From assembly GCA_032718475.1 (NCBI GenBank), contig JAUCBJ010007107.1:8721-72720 (forward strand): a DNA stretch of 64,000 nucleotides, read 5' to 3'. Of this stretch, positions 30,114-42,890 are shown piece by piece. Numbering within the stretch: position 1 is the stretch's first letter; each line of letters begins with the position of its first letter. The notes beneath the pieces are model-generated. The model was not told the DNA's origin, did no database searches, and worked only from the letters and a program-made list of their open reading frames with translations. The DNA is from Nemertoderma westbladi. Lineage: Eukaryota; Animalia; Xenacoelomorpha. A program made the translations under genes and the position numbers.

Positions 30114-32316
30114 TGTTACGGTATATGGCGCTGTATCCACAGTATTAGTCCATTATGCAGTATGCAGTATTAGTCCATTATGCAGTATGCAGTATTAGTC
30201 CATTATGCAGTATGCAGTATTAGTCCGTTATACTGTACGTAATATTAGTCCGTTGTGCAGTATAATTATTTAGATAAGGCGCAGTGTGGTGACATTTAGG
30301 TAAGGAAGTTAAAACGCCCATATATTTTGCATCCATTCATTTTGTATAGTATGTAGCCCTACCTACGTAATTTTGTATTAGGATATATGTAGATAGTTCC
30401 AGGGTAGCGAGTTTACTCGGACCCTGGATTTTGTGCTTGCTGATATTAGTTTGATAGGGCTAGCATATAGGGACGCTGTCCTGGCAATTCAGCAGCCAGA
30501 GACGTGATCCATTACCATATATGGTAATAATTTGAGGGCATAGGGCTACAATCCGGTCTCCTTATTGGATTAACTGCTTCCAGGTTGGTTTAATGCTAGC
30601 ATGGACTGGAGAGCCAATGGGAGAGCGATTGAGTCACCTTATTGCATCACCCCATCCGGATCACCTATAAATTGGCGGTGTGCCGGTAGGGCCTTTTGTT
30701 GTTCATATGTTCATGCCTTATCACATGACACACCCCTGTTACAATTTACTTGCTGAGCTGTCTCTAATTTTGTATTAGGATATCGTATTTCTGCAATTTG
30801 CTAATTTTGATTAATTTCTTGGAATGATTTGCTATTACGATTACTTTGCTTGTGTTTCTCAATAATTCCTTCGATTACTGCAAATTACAATCGAACTATG
30901 ATTTCTACCTTTGATTGATGGTTCTATGTGATTCTTTTCTGCGCAATAATCCCAAGGGATTCCTGAGACTGTCAGACTTTGTGATTTGCATGCGCCGCTA
31001 CGGTAGCTATTAGCATCATGGAGGGCTAAGGTGCCAGTGGGCGGTGGGCGCATCGGGGGGTTGAGCGACTAGGAGAGAGCGGAGGATTCAAGGCGGGCAA
31101 CGCTGGCCAGGGTCACCGTTGCGGGCGGGTATCTTGCACTGCGGCACGCAGACCGATCGCCGGTACAGTATCTAGGGGGCTGATGATCCAGGTTTTGTCT
31201 CTATTTAGTATTAGGGGGGCAGGAATTGGGTTAGTTAGGAATCCTAGATGTACCCGGGAGAGGCCTGCGCGTATTATAACGTTGAGTGTGGAGTACGAGT
31301 AGTGAATTGCACAATTGTAAACTGTGATTTCTAACGCTGATTGGTGTGTTATTGAAGTGTGCCTAAGATTACGAATGCTTAGATAGGCGCTCTTTTCCTT
31401 TGATTGATTTCTATTTCTTAGTTACAATAATTAGTTATTGATTAGGTCAAAGTAATACGGCAATTTAGGCTATTACTAGCGAAACCTGTTGCGTGATAAA
31501 TTAGAATTACGTATTCTGGAACTCTTAGTAATTAGTACGCTGTTAAATATTTGTGACTGTAATTAATTAGTAAAAAAATTAAGAATTAGTACGCAGCATA
31601 GCGGAGAGTAGCTAAGGTAATAATTAGTGTACTGTAAACTATTCACGCTGAGCGGTTATTTGCATTAGCGGGCAATCAGCTAGAACGCACTATTCGGTAC
31701 GCACGATACGCTAGTAATTTTGCTGGCCTAAAGCCAGTCGCGGGCAGTTTTAGACCCGGAGTGGTACTATCCACGTAGAAACAGATACTGTACCATTTTG
31801 ATATTTTAAATATTCTCGCATTCACACATTACGTTAGGGAACCTCCAGTATTCGCGATTAGAAAGACGTAGGTAATAGCGTGCTTTAATAGTGATAGAAT
31901 TAGGCGTAAGAATACTCTGAGTGCAAGGCCTCTCGCACTCGTCTTAAGTAAGCTTAGGGAGCCGACTCGGGTTTACTGTTTTGGTTATTCCTGCGTGGCT
32001 CATAGATTCGAACAGTTAGCTCTCTATCGAGCAATCGGTAGAGAAAGGAACAAGCGATTTTGCAGGAGTTGTGTAAATTTAGTAAAATATATTAGCGGAC
32101 GGCAGATTAGCGCCATCTAACGGTAAGTAGCAGTTTGTATTTAGCAACCCTTACAATTTAGTAATATCACGCTCCTGAGCCCCTTTACTTAACAGTAGAG
32201 CAGTCTTTGTGTCTTATTGGTTAGACGAGAACTTATTAGGTTGGCAGAAGGATATTAACGGGTATTGGTCTGTTCAACAGTTCTGCTGTTAGTATAGAGG
32301 TCGCGGTTGTTTATCA
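30114..32316 (+). repeat. 3' LTR of element 1
   Basis: Copy of 13231-15433, preceded by the short purine tract GGAGCGG and followed by the TSD. Confidence 0.95.
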
Positions 32317-34020
32317 GGTGGAATGCAGGGTTACTCCACGGTTCGGATGGTTCATCCACCACGAAACGCGGACCAGTACGATAAAAATCGTGGAGATCAG
32401 AAGCATCCCCATTCCTCTGTAGTCTGATTCAAAAGACAAAACAAACTGATATTGTACCTTTACCAATACTACCGGTATAGGTGGAGCTTTTCTAGCGTCG
32501 CGATCTTCGCGAATGTTCTAGAAGAAAATATGTTAGTTCTATAATGTTAGTTAAATAATTTTGTGTTCTCGAATATTTATTACGTAACTAGAGAGCCGCT
32601 TAACAACATAAACTAATATTGGATATTGAGTTCCGTTTTGGAGTTCGCCTTGCAGACACTGAAGTTGCAATAACGTTTAAGTATTTTACTCAAATTACGT
32701 GCAAACAATTTCTACGTCGATGATCTTTAAACACATTTAATAAAATTTAAAAAATTCCAATAAATATATTTTATTTTGGTACAATCCGGATTCAGGGCCC
32801 TCCACCTGTCCACTAAATTCTGCTTTGATGTGTGTTGTGTATGTGTAGGCCTATGTGTTACTCACACTGTTTATTTTTTTCTAATCGTTTATTGTTTTGG
32901 TTCCTTCTGGCTACCACTGTAACCTGCTCCTTTACTTTTCAATTTTTTTTGTGATTTTGTGTGATTTGGTATCATTTGGTGTAATTTCAACAAGACAAAA
33001 AAACTGGAGGGCCCCCAGTCCGGTTATTACCTTTATTTTACTTTTTCCGCCGGGAAAAAAGTAAAATCAATGCAATCTTATGAGTAACTTTTTTCCCTAT
33101 GGGAAAAAATGAAACTTTTTCACCCGATTTTGGTCTAAATTCGAGCGAAAAAGTTACAATTTAAGAATAAAAACTGTTTTTAACGAATTGTGTGCTTTTT
33201 AGAAATCAAATCGTATGTTAAATTATTATAATATAAATATCTTATTTGTTATAATTCATTCAAATTTAGGTTATAACTAAATACAAACTACATAAAAATT
33301 TGAAGTTTTTTGAAGTTACAGTAGTTGAATACAATGTTTTTTTTAGTGTACACAATACACAGTCAACCCACTGTATGACGTTTCATTCACAGTATTAAAG
33401 TTATCATGTTGTGTTACATGATGTAAGGAGGGAGTCCTGCAGTCTCTTTAGTATAAGAATCAATACAAGTGAGGTTGTGTTGTTATAAAGTACTGTACAT
33501 TCAATCAATTTTTACAAACTAGAGAATTGTGGCAATGTTAATTATTTCATAGAGTTATGTACTGTGGGGCGAGCCAAGAAAATAAGCGAGCTTAGCATAA
33601 GGGTACCCGTACCACTATCTCAATCGGTGTGTCTGTCATTCTTAGATCCGTGTTATTAAACGTTAATAATTCAGCCCCCTCTATGAAATATATTTATTGG
33701 GTGATAGTGTTAACCAATGAACCCAATATACTTTTTGGTGCAACGGGAAAATCCGTTCGGGGAAGAAAATTAATAAATAAAGAAACCGCAAGGTGGTGTC
33801 ATGAAAATTAAGTCTCATCTCACTGCTTACTGTATACAAATAAAGTCAATCAACAAAGTAGTTAAATAATGGGTCGAGGGGGATGCTAAAATCACTACAC
33901 AGACTCGACATAAGCTGAGGGTAAGGTAGAAAGCTGAACAGCCAATACAATTACAGGAGGCGTTTAGTTGCTAAGATGCACTGTCAAGACAACGGAATAA
34001 ATAATAACAGAAACAGCTGG

Positions 34021-35191
34021 TGTTCGCGCTTTTAGACCTTTTAGCAGCTAACCTGCCAATTTAAATGTACTTTTAATTATAAATCGACTTTTGCCCTTAC
34101 CAATTTGCTGAATAGTACTGAATTTACATCCGCCAAAGCCAGTCCGTGCGCGGCGTATGACCCACTATGTGGGAGACTGGAGTCGGGTCCAGAGAAAGTT
34201 TATTGCGGTCTAGGCTACTTTGTATTATTCGATTGATCACTACTATATAATTTCCGACAACTATATTTACTTTCGGGAAATATTAACAGTTCCTTTAGGA
34301 CGTGGCGCTTTAAGTATAAAAACAGAGTTATGACTTACACTAATCACAACTAGATGGCTATAGAATCTCGTAAATAGCGCATTATTCAGGAGATGCTTTA
34401 TTAACCTTCACACTACTTCACACGACTTCACACTACTTCACACTAAGTCACACTAATTTGCCGACCGTCACTGACTTTGATCATATATAAGGAGGATTGC
34501 TACTGACACACGTAGGGATTATGAAATAGCATTTAATTCACACAAAAACCACTATAATTTGAGTCACAGTTGCTACCGGTAGACCCTTCTGCTTACCTCA
34601 GTAATTAAGAAAGTTTAGGGGTTTACGATTATTTATCGGTATTCTCCAAATATAACATCCATTAACCCTCCAGTTATCTTGCTGTCGTGAAGGGGTTAAT
34701 ATAAACAGCAATTAACAACAATATAAAACAGCATTAAAACAGTGCGGTGAACAGTCAGTATGTGTTCATGAAGTTCAGTATGATAAGGTGCGGTTTGTAT
34801 GTTCGATGCAATGTGCAGTAAGGTTTGATGAGTTAATAGATTTATGTTCTTATAACTCCAGCCATCAGATGTTCTTGGGCCAAAGTCTGAAACGTCTGTA
34901 CTTAGTACTGTACTGAATCCAGAAAGGAATCGGATTCTCAGAAAAACTATAACTGCGCATGCGCCAATTTCCACAGGTAGGTCTCTATTGGCATAACTGG
35001 GAAGATTGCTCTGATTGGCTGAAATATGCCCAAACAAAGGAACCTCCACGTACACAAAGAATCAGCTGACAGATTTCATCATCTTGGTTCTAATTTCTGA
35101 CCGACGCATAGTTGAACAATTTTAGGCCTTTTTAGAGTATTCAGCGCATTGCGTAAAAATGACTTGTTATGTCCGCAAAAGCTTTTTTGCA
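34021..35191 (-). mobile_element. Solo LTR related to the element 2 LTR
   Basis: Reverse complement begins TGCAAAAAAGCTTTTGCGG and ends ...AAAAGCGCGAACA, and shares blocks such as AGCGCCACGTCCTAAAGGAACTG.TAATATTTCCCGAAAG with 40832-42039. Diverged. Confidence 0.85.
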
Positions 35192-35193
35192 TC

Positions 35194-35345
35194 CAGTTAC
35201 CAATTTCAATCTCCGGTTACCAATTTCAGTACTTGGTTACGAATTTCTGTTTCAGGTTACAAATTGTCACCCAGTTAGTGCACCCAATTACAAATCTCAG
35301 TCCACGGTTACTAATTTCAGTATTTGGTTACCGAATTTCCAGAAA
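35194..35345. repeat. Degenerate ~21-22-bp minisatellite
   Basis: Recurrent GGTTACCAATTTCAGT-like units. Confidence 0.65.
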
Positions 35346-35782
35346 AGTATACTTCACCCGTATTTACGATTACGACCACAAGAGTCCACAAGATACCGAA
35401 CCACTGCAACACAACTAAGCAGGTATCACTTGTTTCTAGTGTTTACTCTAATTGCATTTCCCTGTGTTTTCAAAATGTGTATAAACTGGTAAAATATATA
35501 GCAGGAGGTATTAAATTGTGAAAGAGTTAAAATTGAAAATGTATTAATTTATGAAATTGCGTTCAATGTAAAGGACGGTAATAACGAAATTGACAAAGGG
35601 AAATAAAAAGACAAAGTCACAATCACAATTTTAGTTGTATCCTATTATTGCTCTTTTATGCAGTTAATACGAGAGATATTTCTCGAAATATTTACTATTA
35701 AAAGTAAACTTTATAATAAAAAATTAATAAAATGGGAAATTTTCGGAAAAATGTAAAGAAAAAATGTCCTAATATTTCCTCA

Positions 35783-36110
35783 TAGGAACTGATCTAGGGG
35801 TCTTAACCTCGAATGATAAGTTTATTTAACCGAGTATGTACGCATGTGATGGGATTAGTCCTACAATTGCGCTAATGAAAGATAAGTTATTTGGGTTAAG
35901 ACCCCTAGAACAGTTCATATAACAAAATGTATAATAAATAACAAACACATCAAAAAACACAGCTCGCCAACAGCACATTTACTAACATTTCCTGATGTTG
36001 TTGTACCAACATTTATAACTAAAATTGTCTGTCACTGACAGACAGACAGACAGACAGACGGACGAACTGACAAGCAATATACATCTATGACCAATTATAC
36101 TTAAACCCTA
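35783..36110. mobile_element. Possible Helentron/HINE-like non-autonomous element
   Basis: Inverted repeat GAACTGATCTAGGGGTCTTAACC / GGTTAAGACCCCTAGAACAGTTC followed by a (GACA)n-GACG microsatellite. Confidence 0.35.
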
Positions 36111-36809
36111 AAATACTTTTTTCAATTATACAATTTAAATAACATTGACGGCGGTAAAAATAAAAGTTAAATATCTTATTTTCGAACTACGAAAGCATAA
36201 ATAAACTTTTTGTTTTTTCTTACGTGCAATATAAAGGATCTTGGGTAATATAATATGTTGGTATGAGTTGGCGTAATTATCACATCAGCAAGGCCCGAGT
36301 TTCAAGCCAATGCAACTCAATCAACGATTCCCTAAGCCAATGATATGAATGATATGACTCAGCTACCTTTAGGGGAAGTGAGCGAAGATGATGATGATAT
36401 GAGTTTCTACGGTAAACTGAACTGGACAGCAGAGCCGTTTATAGGGTTACTGACAGCCCAGGTGAAATGAATGGCTATATTGGAAATGTTGAAGAGAATA
36501 ATTGGCAAAGAGAGACGCGGCTAGATAGAGATAATGTATTGTATTGATTATTGTTACTATAATGAATACTTAAAAGCATTTAAATTTTTTTAAAGGCACA
36601 TTATGATTATCCATGTATTTACCAAACTGGAATTCAAAGTTAATTTTACCGCCGTTTAGAGTAACATAGATAATTAAAGATCCAAGTCAGTTCAGATGAC
36701 CATTAATGAAATAACAGTTGTATGAAATAGTTTGCTCGTGAACGACACATAAAATATTAATCCACTCCCCTCAACAACAAAACTACTAATTTGTTAATTT
36801 GTTGGATCG

Positions 36810-37733
36810 GATCTTTCTTCCCCACACCTACCTACTCTAAACCTCAAGCTCTAGCTACCTAAAAGATTATACAATGAGGGGAAGAATAATCCCGAGGAAT
36901 TAGAGCGGATAGTGAAAGAGATCCGAGCACATGTTGCTCAAAAAAGAGCAAAGGGGACGTTGCTATACCGTATGTTTTTCATCCCAACGGATGATGTTAG
37001 ATCATGTAGAGGCTTCACATCCCGACGCTATCCACAAAAAGAAGCAGCCTGCAACGCGACGCACTAGACCAATCCGCATCGCCGCTCAACGTCAGCGCGA
37101 ATTCATGGTGATCTACTCGAATTTCATCAATGCTACCGAAGAGGATGCCGACGTTGAGTGGCTGAATGAGGACGAGATTGATATGTCCGGGGTCGATATC
37201 ACTGCCACTGCCAGCAATGATTGTGATGACGGATTTCCCATCCTTGAGTATCAAGATGGAGGGCCATGGGAGGAATTGTAGAGTTGTGGAATTCTGGAAT
37301 TGGTATTAATTACTATTAATTAAATAATAATAATAATAATATATTATTAATATAATAATAAACGGCGGGGTAGCTCAGTTTGTTGAGCGCCGGGCCTGCA
37401 ATCTATTGGTTGTAGGTTCAGCCCCGCCAGGGTCCACTCAGCCTTTCATCCACTGGGGTCGATAAAATGAGTACCAGTTAAATAACTGGGAGCAAATCTT
37501 GGGATAGGAGTAACGCCCACCCCTACCCTCGGGTAGCAGCTATCGAAAGAGGAGCCTTCGGGCCGCCTCCGGCTTCGGCCGACTGTTTGCTTTGCTTTGA
37601 TTAATATAATATATTATGTTAATAAAAAAAATCAATTAATAATATTATATTCAAGCTAGCGTTACGTTACAGGGGGGGGGGGGGGGGTCAAAAAATGGCA
37701 AAATTGGCGTTACGTAATATGTGAACAGCCCCC
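36810..37733 (+). mobile_element. 3' remnant of a DNA transposon (possibly Zator-like)
   Basis: ORF fragment with a C2H2-like 'CYTVCFSSQRMMLDHVEASH' and 'RPIRIAAQRQRE'. TIR-like end GCGTTACGTAATATGTGAACAGCCCC after a G-run. Left end not found. Confidence 0.4.
37364..37599 (+). mobile_element. tRNA-derived SINE
   Basis: A-box-like GGTAGCTCAGTTTG and B-box-like GGTTCAGCCC; core CCACTCAGCCTTTCATCC...GGTCGATAAAATGAGTACCAG; (TTTGC)n tail; flanking duplication ATTAATATAATA (37346-37357, 37600-37611). Confidence 0.85.
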
Positions 37734-38069
37734 AATAGGTGAAGCCAGGTATGGTTTTGGTTTATAGGAATATAGTCTACGCAGCACTCATTCCTCATGA
37801 GCCCGAGTTATAGTGTGGCAATGTAGATGCAGTAGTTGCACCCGACCAGCCGGAAACTCGGAGCAATAGGCCTACTGCTTGTACAATGCGTGTCAATTTC
37901 AACACCGCCGGGCACTGGGTGATGGCAGAGTGAGATTAAAAAACCGGATTATTTCATCCTCGGTTACGGTTAGTCCAGTTTGCCCGTAGCGGCAGCGATA
38001 CCGAAAGTCGAGGTCAACAGACAGAGGCGGCCTTGGTGGTGAGTTGTTTGATTTCAATTCCAACACTTT

Positions 38070-39199
38070 TGTAAAAGCTTTTGCGGGATATAACTGGCCC
38101 TTTTGCTTCGCAATCCAGTTTCCCTTAATGCGCTCAAATACTCTAAAGAAAAACTCCCTAACTCAAAGGATGAAAGCTACCGGCTGATTGGCTGATTTGC
38201 CTAGCGACGGCCTCTTTGTTGGGTTCGATCAACCAACCAGAGCAAGGTCAACCAAGCAGAGCGATTCAGCCTTATGTTGGCTAAATCAATGTAATTGGCT
38301 GCAAAGGCTAGGGTGGTTTGGCATTTTAGACGATTTGGAACCTGTGGAATATGGAACTCTGCCAATGAGAGCTTTTCCTTTCTGTGTTGAAATCTACCTG
38401 CAGCAGCTCACAGGGTTCAGTGTGTTGGTTTTCCTGATGCCATGCACATCGGCCATGGAATTATTCTGAATTATTCCAACATTAGAACGTCTTTAATTAT
38501 AAGATCACATAACTGTTACCGGTACTACGGTACATGACCAGCACTGGACAGCGTGAGGACCGGTACGGTACCTGCTGCTGTATTGCACATTATTTACTGC
38601 TATTTGCTGTTTGTTATTAAATGTATAATTCGTTTGCATATTGTTATTTGGAGAATAACTATAAACGATCAGAAACCCCGATCTTCTTGATACACTAAGG
38701 TTAGAGAGACCGGCTACATATAGCAATTGCGGCTTATATTATCGTGGTTTGTAGTGTGTAGTGAATTGAATGCTATTTTATAGGCCCTACAAATGCCGGT
38801 TGCTATTCTCTTTATATATGATTAAAATCAGTGACTATCGGCAATTCAGTGTGCAGCGGTGTGCAATAGTCTGTATGTGCTTGTCCGCGTAACAAAGCAT
38901 CTCCTAAAGAATGCGTCTTATGTGTAACTTATAATCCATTCGTTGTGTTTAGTGTAAGCCATAGCTCTGTTTATATAGATAGAGCGCCACGTCCTAAAGG
39001 AACTGCTAATATTTCCCGAAAGTGAATAATATTTGTCAGAGATTATATATTAACGATCAATCGAATAGTACGGTAGGCCTGCACCGCAATCAAATTAAAG
39101 CATCCGAATCCAGTCTCTCGGGTATATCCAGCGGGTGAATGGTCGCGCATAGACTGGCTTCGGCTAATGTTGGATTTATTTGTGTCAAATACTTGTCAT
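38070..39199 (+). repeat. LTR a of element 2 (truncated at 1130 bp)
   Basis: Matches 40832-41961 with 4 substitutions seen; joins ORF2 upstream sequence at a TCAT microhomology. Confidence 0.9.
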
Positions 39200-39228
39200 T
39201 ATAATATGGATAAACTTATATAGCAGAT

Positions 39229-40753
39229 ATGATTGAGTTGATAGAAGATGAGCTTGGTATCAGGGAGCGATATACTCTACCTTTACAAGCGTTTGTTGAT
39301 AGCTTGATACGCGGCGACGCTGGTCCAACTACTACGGAGGACGATGGTCGTTATATCTAACCGCCAATCTCCCGGGAGCAACTTGCGCGTGGGTTGGACT
39401 GTAGAAAATTTACCGCTCGCTATACGCATCGTAATGGTATGTATATGGACTTCTTAACTACTGGTCATCCTATCGACCTACACGATACGAACGATATAGA
39501 CACCAAAAGGGAAATGGTTTTATTTAAATATCATACCCAGCGGAAGCGGAACGATAAAATGAGACTCGAACACGAAAATTCTATTCGAAACCGACTTGAA
39601 AGGAAGATGTTGAAGAGCCGGATAAACGCAGCGACTTCACCAAAATATCTGGAATTCTTGAGAGAAGCCTATCTTGATATTACCAGTCAACAGAACCTAG
39701 AGACTCGATATCCTCAAGGTATACATCATGACCGCATGGTAGAACTCAAACAGCTCTATTCCACTATGATGTATCTTACCGTCGATCGACCGCTACCTGT
39801 TGTACCGGATAGCTTCGAACGGATGGAGGAATATTGTAAGCTGGAGAAAGATCACTCGCGTTTCCCCTATAAGACGTGCGTCTTTGGTATTATTGAGATG
39901 AATGCCCTAGACCCAACCAACAAACGGAAAGATATAAACATCCGCGGAGACGTTGCGCTAAACACGGTTTTACTCGCTATACTTACGGGAGTTTCGAGCG
40001 AAACTTGTTCGATGTATCACCTACGCTCGCTCGGCTCAAACGATCCTTAAATAAACCTATGATCAGAGTTCCGGAATACTCGATCAGACCTCCTCATTCC
40101 CTAGTGAGACCTCAAGCTCTTGATCTTAATAGTATGACGGATCCTCCTGAACTGTATTCATTGTTTAAAGATCTAGTGTTACCCGAGCAATTAGTCGGTG
40201 GCACTCCGGTTGTGGGCTCCCTAAATATCCGCCCATCTTACCTGGCCGGATTGGGGCACGGACACCTGATATCGCCATTCAACCGTATAATCGTAATCGT
40301 CCCCGTTTAACACGATACAACCGTCATCAAGGTGGAGGAGAGCGTTGTATGAAACGAGTTAAACGCTATTCTACAAAGATCAGAAAAGAAACCTACGTTT
40401 GTTCAGATAAACTTAAATTATAACGGCAAGTCCAAGCGGTAAACGGATTGGCTTTATCCCAGTTCGATTGGGAAATCCCGAATCTCTAAGACGATATTGA
40501 GCTTGGATGACCCTATTCTCGGCGAGAGTTTGGACGAACGTATCCAACGATGAGCGGAGGAAAATCAGCTCGAGGAGAAGCATATCGAAACGGCGGATAC
40601 CCCGACCATAATCCTACACCTTATGATGCAATCACATTGCACCCTTCACCCAGGAGTTATGGCCCTCCTAGTAAAGTGGCTCCCCCCAAAGAGAAAAGGA
40701 CTCTTGCTAGCTTTAAAAAACTGCGTAAACGCCGTCCACGCAAGACAGACTAA
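39229..40753 (+). pseudogene. Decayed ORF2 homologue, duplicated copy
   Basis: ATG at 39229, in-frame TAA at 39358-39360, then frameshifted pieces (39394-40050, 40005-40310, 40550-40753). Translations identical to 49787-51311. Confidence 0.75.
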
Positions 40754-40831
40754 CTGTTTAGAGTATTTTTATATTTTAGAAACTGTGATTTTTTATATTT
40801 TATAGAATTAAATCCCATTTTCTGGGAGCGG

Positions 40832-42039
40832 TGTAAAAGCTTTTGCGGGATATAACTGGCCCTTTTGCTTCGCAATCCAGTTTCCCTTAATGCGCTCAAA
40901 TACTCTAAAGAAAAACTCCCTAACTCAAAGGATGAAAGCTACCGGCTGATTGGCTGATTTGCCTAGCGACGGCCTCTTTGTTGGGTTCGATCAACCAACC
41001 AGAGCAAGGTCAACCAAGCAGAGCGATTCAGCCTTATGTTGGCTAAATCAATGTAATTGGCTGCAAAGGCTAGGGTGGTTTGGCATTTTAGACGATTTGG
41101 AACCTGTGGAATATGGAACTCTGCCAATGAGAGCTTTTCCTTTCTGTGTTGAAATCTACCTGCAGCAGCTCACAGGGTTCAGTGTGTTGGTTTTCCTGAT
41201 GCCATGAACATCGGCCATGGAATTATTCTGAATTATTCCAACATTAGAACGTCTTTAATTATAAGATCACATAACTGTTATCGGTACTACGGTACATGAC
41301 CAGCACTGGACAGCGTGAGGACCGGTACGGTACCTGCTGCTGTATTGCACATTATTTACTGCTATTTGCTGTTTGTTATTAAATGTATCATTCGTTTGCA
41401 TATTGTTATTTGGAGAATAACTATAAACGATCAGAAACCCCGATCTTCTTGATACACTAAGGTTAGAGAGACCGGCTACATATAGCAATTGCGGCTTATA
41501 TTATCGTGGTTTGTAGTGTGTAGTGAATTGAATGCTATTTTATAGGCCCTACAAATGCCGGTTGCTATTCTCTTTATATATGATTAAAATCAGTGACTAT
41601 CGGCAATTCAGTGTGCAGCGGTGTGCAATAGTCTGTATGTGCTTGTCCGCGTAACAAAGCATCTCCTAAAGAATGCGTCTTATGTGTAACTTATAATCCA
41701 TTCGTTGTGTTTAGTGTAAGCCATAGCTCTGTTTATATAGATAGAGCGCCACGTCCTAAAGGAACTGCTAATATTTCCCGAAAGTGAATAATATTTGTCA
41801 GAGATTATATATTAACGATCAATCGAATAGTACGGTAGGCCTGCACCGCAATCAAATTAAAGCATCCGAATCCAGTCTCCCGGGTATATCCAGCGGGTGA
41901 ATGGTCGCGCATAGACTGGCTTCGGCTAATGTTGGATTTATTTGTGTCAAATACTTGTCATAGGCTAAAGTCGATTTATAACCTAGAAGACATATAGATT
42001 TGGCGGGTTAAACTGCCAAAGGTCTTAAAAGCGCGAACA
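40832..42039 (+). repeat. LTR b of element 2 (1208 bp)
   Basis: TGTAAAAG...GCGAACA, apparently identical to 51390-52597. Confidence 0.95.
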
Positions 42040-42322
42040 GTAACAGTTATAGCTTCTTGATTGCGGCGTAAGCAATCAAGTTGATAGTACCGGTCGACCG
42101 GTAACCAGTAGGCCTGACTGCCTGATCATCCGGACCGGTACTTACTTACAGTACAGGTACAGCAGTATTATTTCGAGTGTGATATATTGTATATTGTAGG
42201 CTGTTAGGGGATTAGGGATTGATCACCCCTTATTCCTTTGCATGGTTTACTTATTTCTGTCAGTTTTATTTACTAGTAGGCTAATATTGAGCAAAAGACG
42301 TGTAAACCTGCTCAGATTGTAC

Positions 42323-42890
42323 AGATAATTTGTAGGCTGGACTGTTGTCTGACTGTTGATAGGTCTGAACGGATTGCAGTGCATGTAGAGTGTATGTCCG
42401 ATAAAGTGCCGGTTAGAAATGTAGGGGCAGCCAGAGCTGTAAGGTAAATCCCCCACCGAAAGAATAAGTCGTACTACTAGGTTAGAACGCATACTAACTA
42501 ACCATTTCGGAGTCTGCATGTCCTGTAGTTTATTTAGGCTTAATAGTAGTCTGCCAGCGTTTGGTCTGTACTTTGTTTGTGTAGTCTGTACGGGTAGCGT
42601 ATAATTTTATTTAGATAATTTGTAGGCTGGATAGTTGTCTGACTGTTGTTGGGTTTGAGGAAATTTCGGTGTGTGTAGAGCATCTGTCCGATAAAGTGTT
42701 GGGAACGTAGGGGCTTCAAGTGCTGTGAGGTAAACCCCCTGTGAAGGAATAAGTCGTACTACTAGGTTAGAACGCATACTAACTAATCATTTCGGAGTCT
42801 GCATATACCGTAGTTTGTTTAGGCTTGATAGTAGTCTGTCAGTATTTGGTCTGCATTTTGTTTGAGTAGTTTGTACGCGTAGCGTAATAT
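42323..42890 (+). repeat. ~290-bp imperfect tandem duplication in the element 2 leader
   Basis: AGATAATTTGTAGGCTGGA... at 42323 and 42613, with a shared block GAATAAGTCGTACTACTAGGTTAGAACGCATACTAACTAA. Confidence 0.85.

Larger units (their letters stand above)
13231..32316 (+). mobile_element. Full-length BEL/Pao LTR retrotransposon (element 1, 19.1 kb)
   Basis: TG...CA LTRs, 5-bp TSD GGTGG (13226-13230, 32317-32321), empty site at ~54137, and an intact gag-pol in PR-RT-RH-IN order. Confidence 0.97.

Noticed and set aside
37364-37430. Functional tRNA gene
   Set aside because: Degenerate cloverleaf followed by SINE core, tail and TSD.
38188-38726. Short ORFs repeated three times (38188, 40950, 51508 and antisense)
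   Set aside because: They recur only because they lie in the LTR; non-ATG starts and a length-changing substitution between copies.
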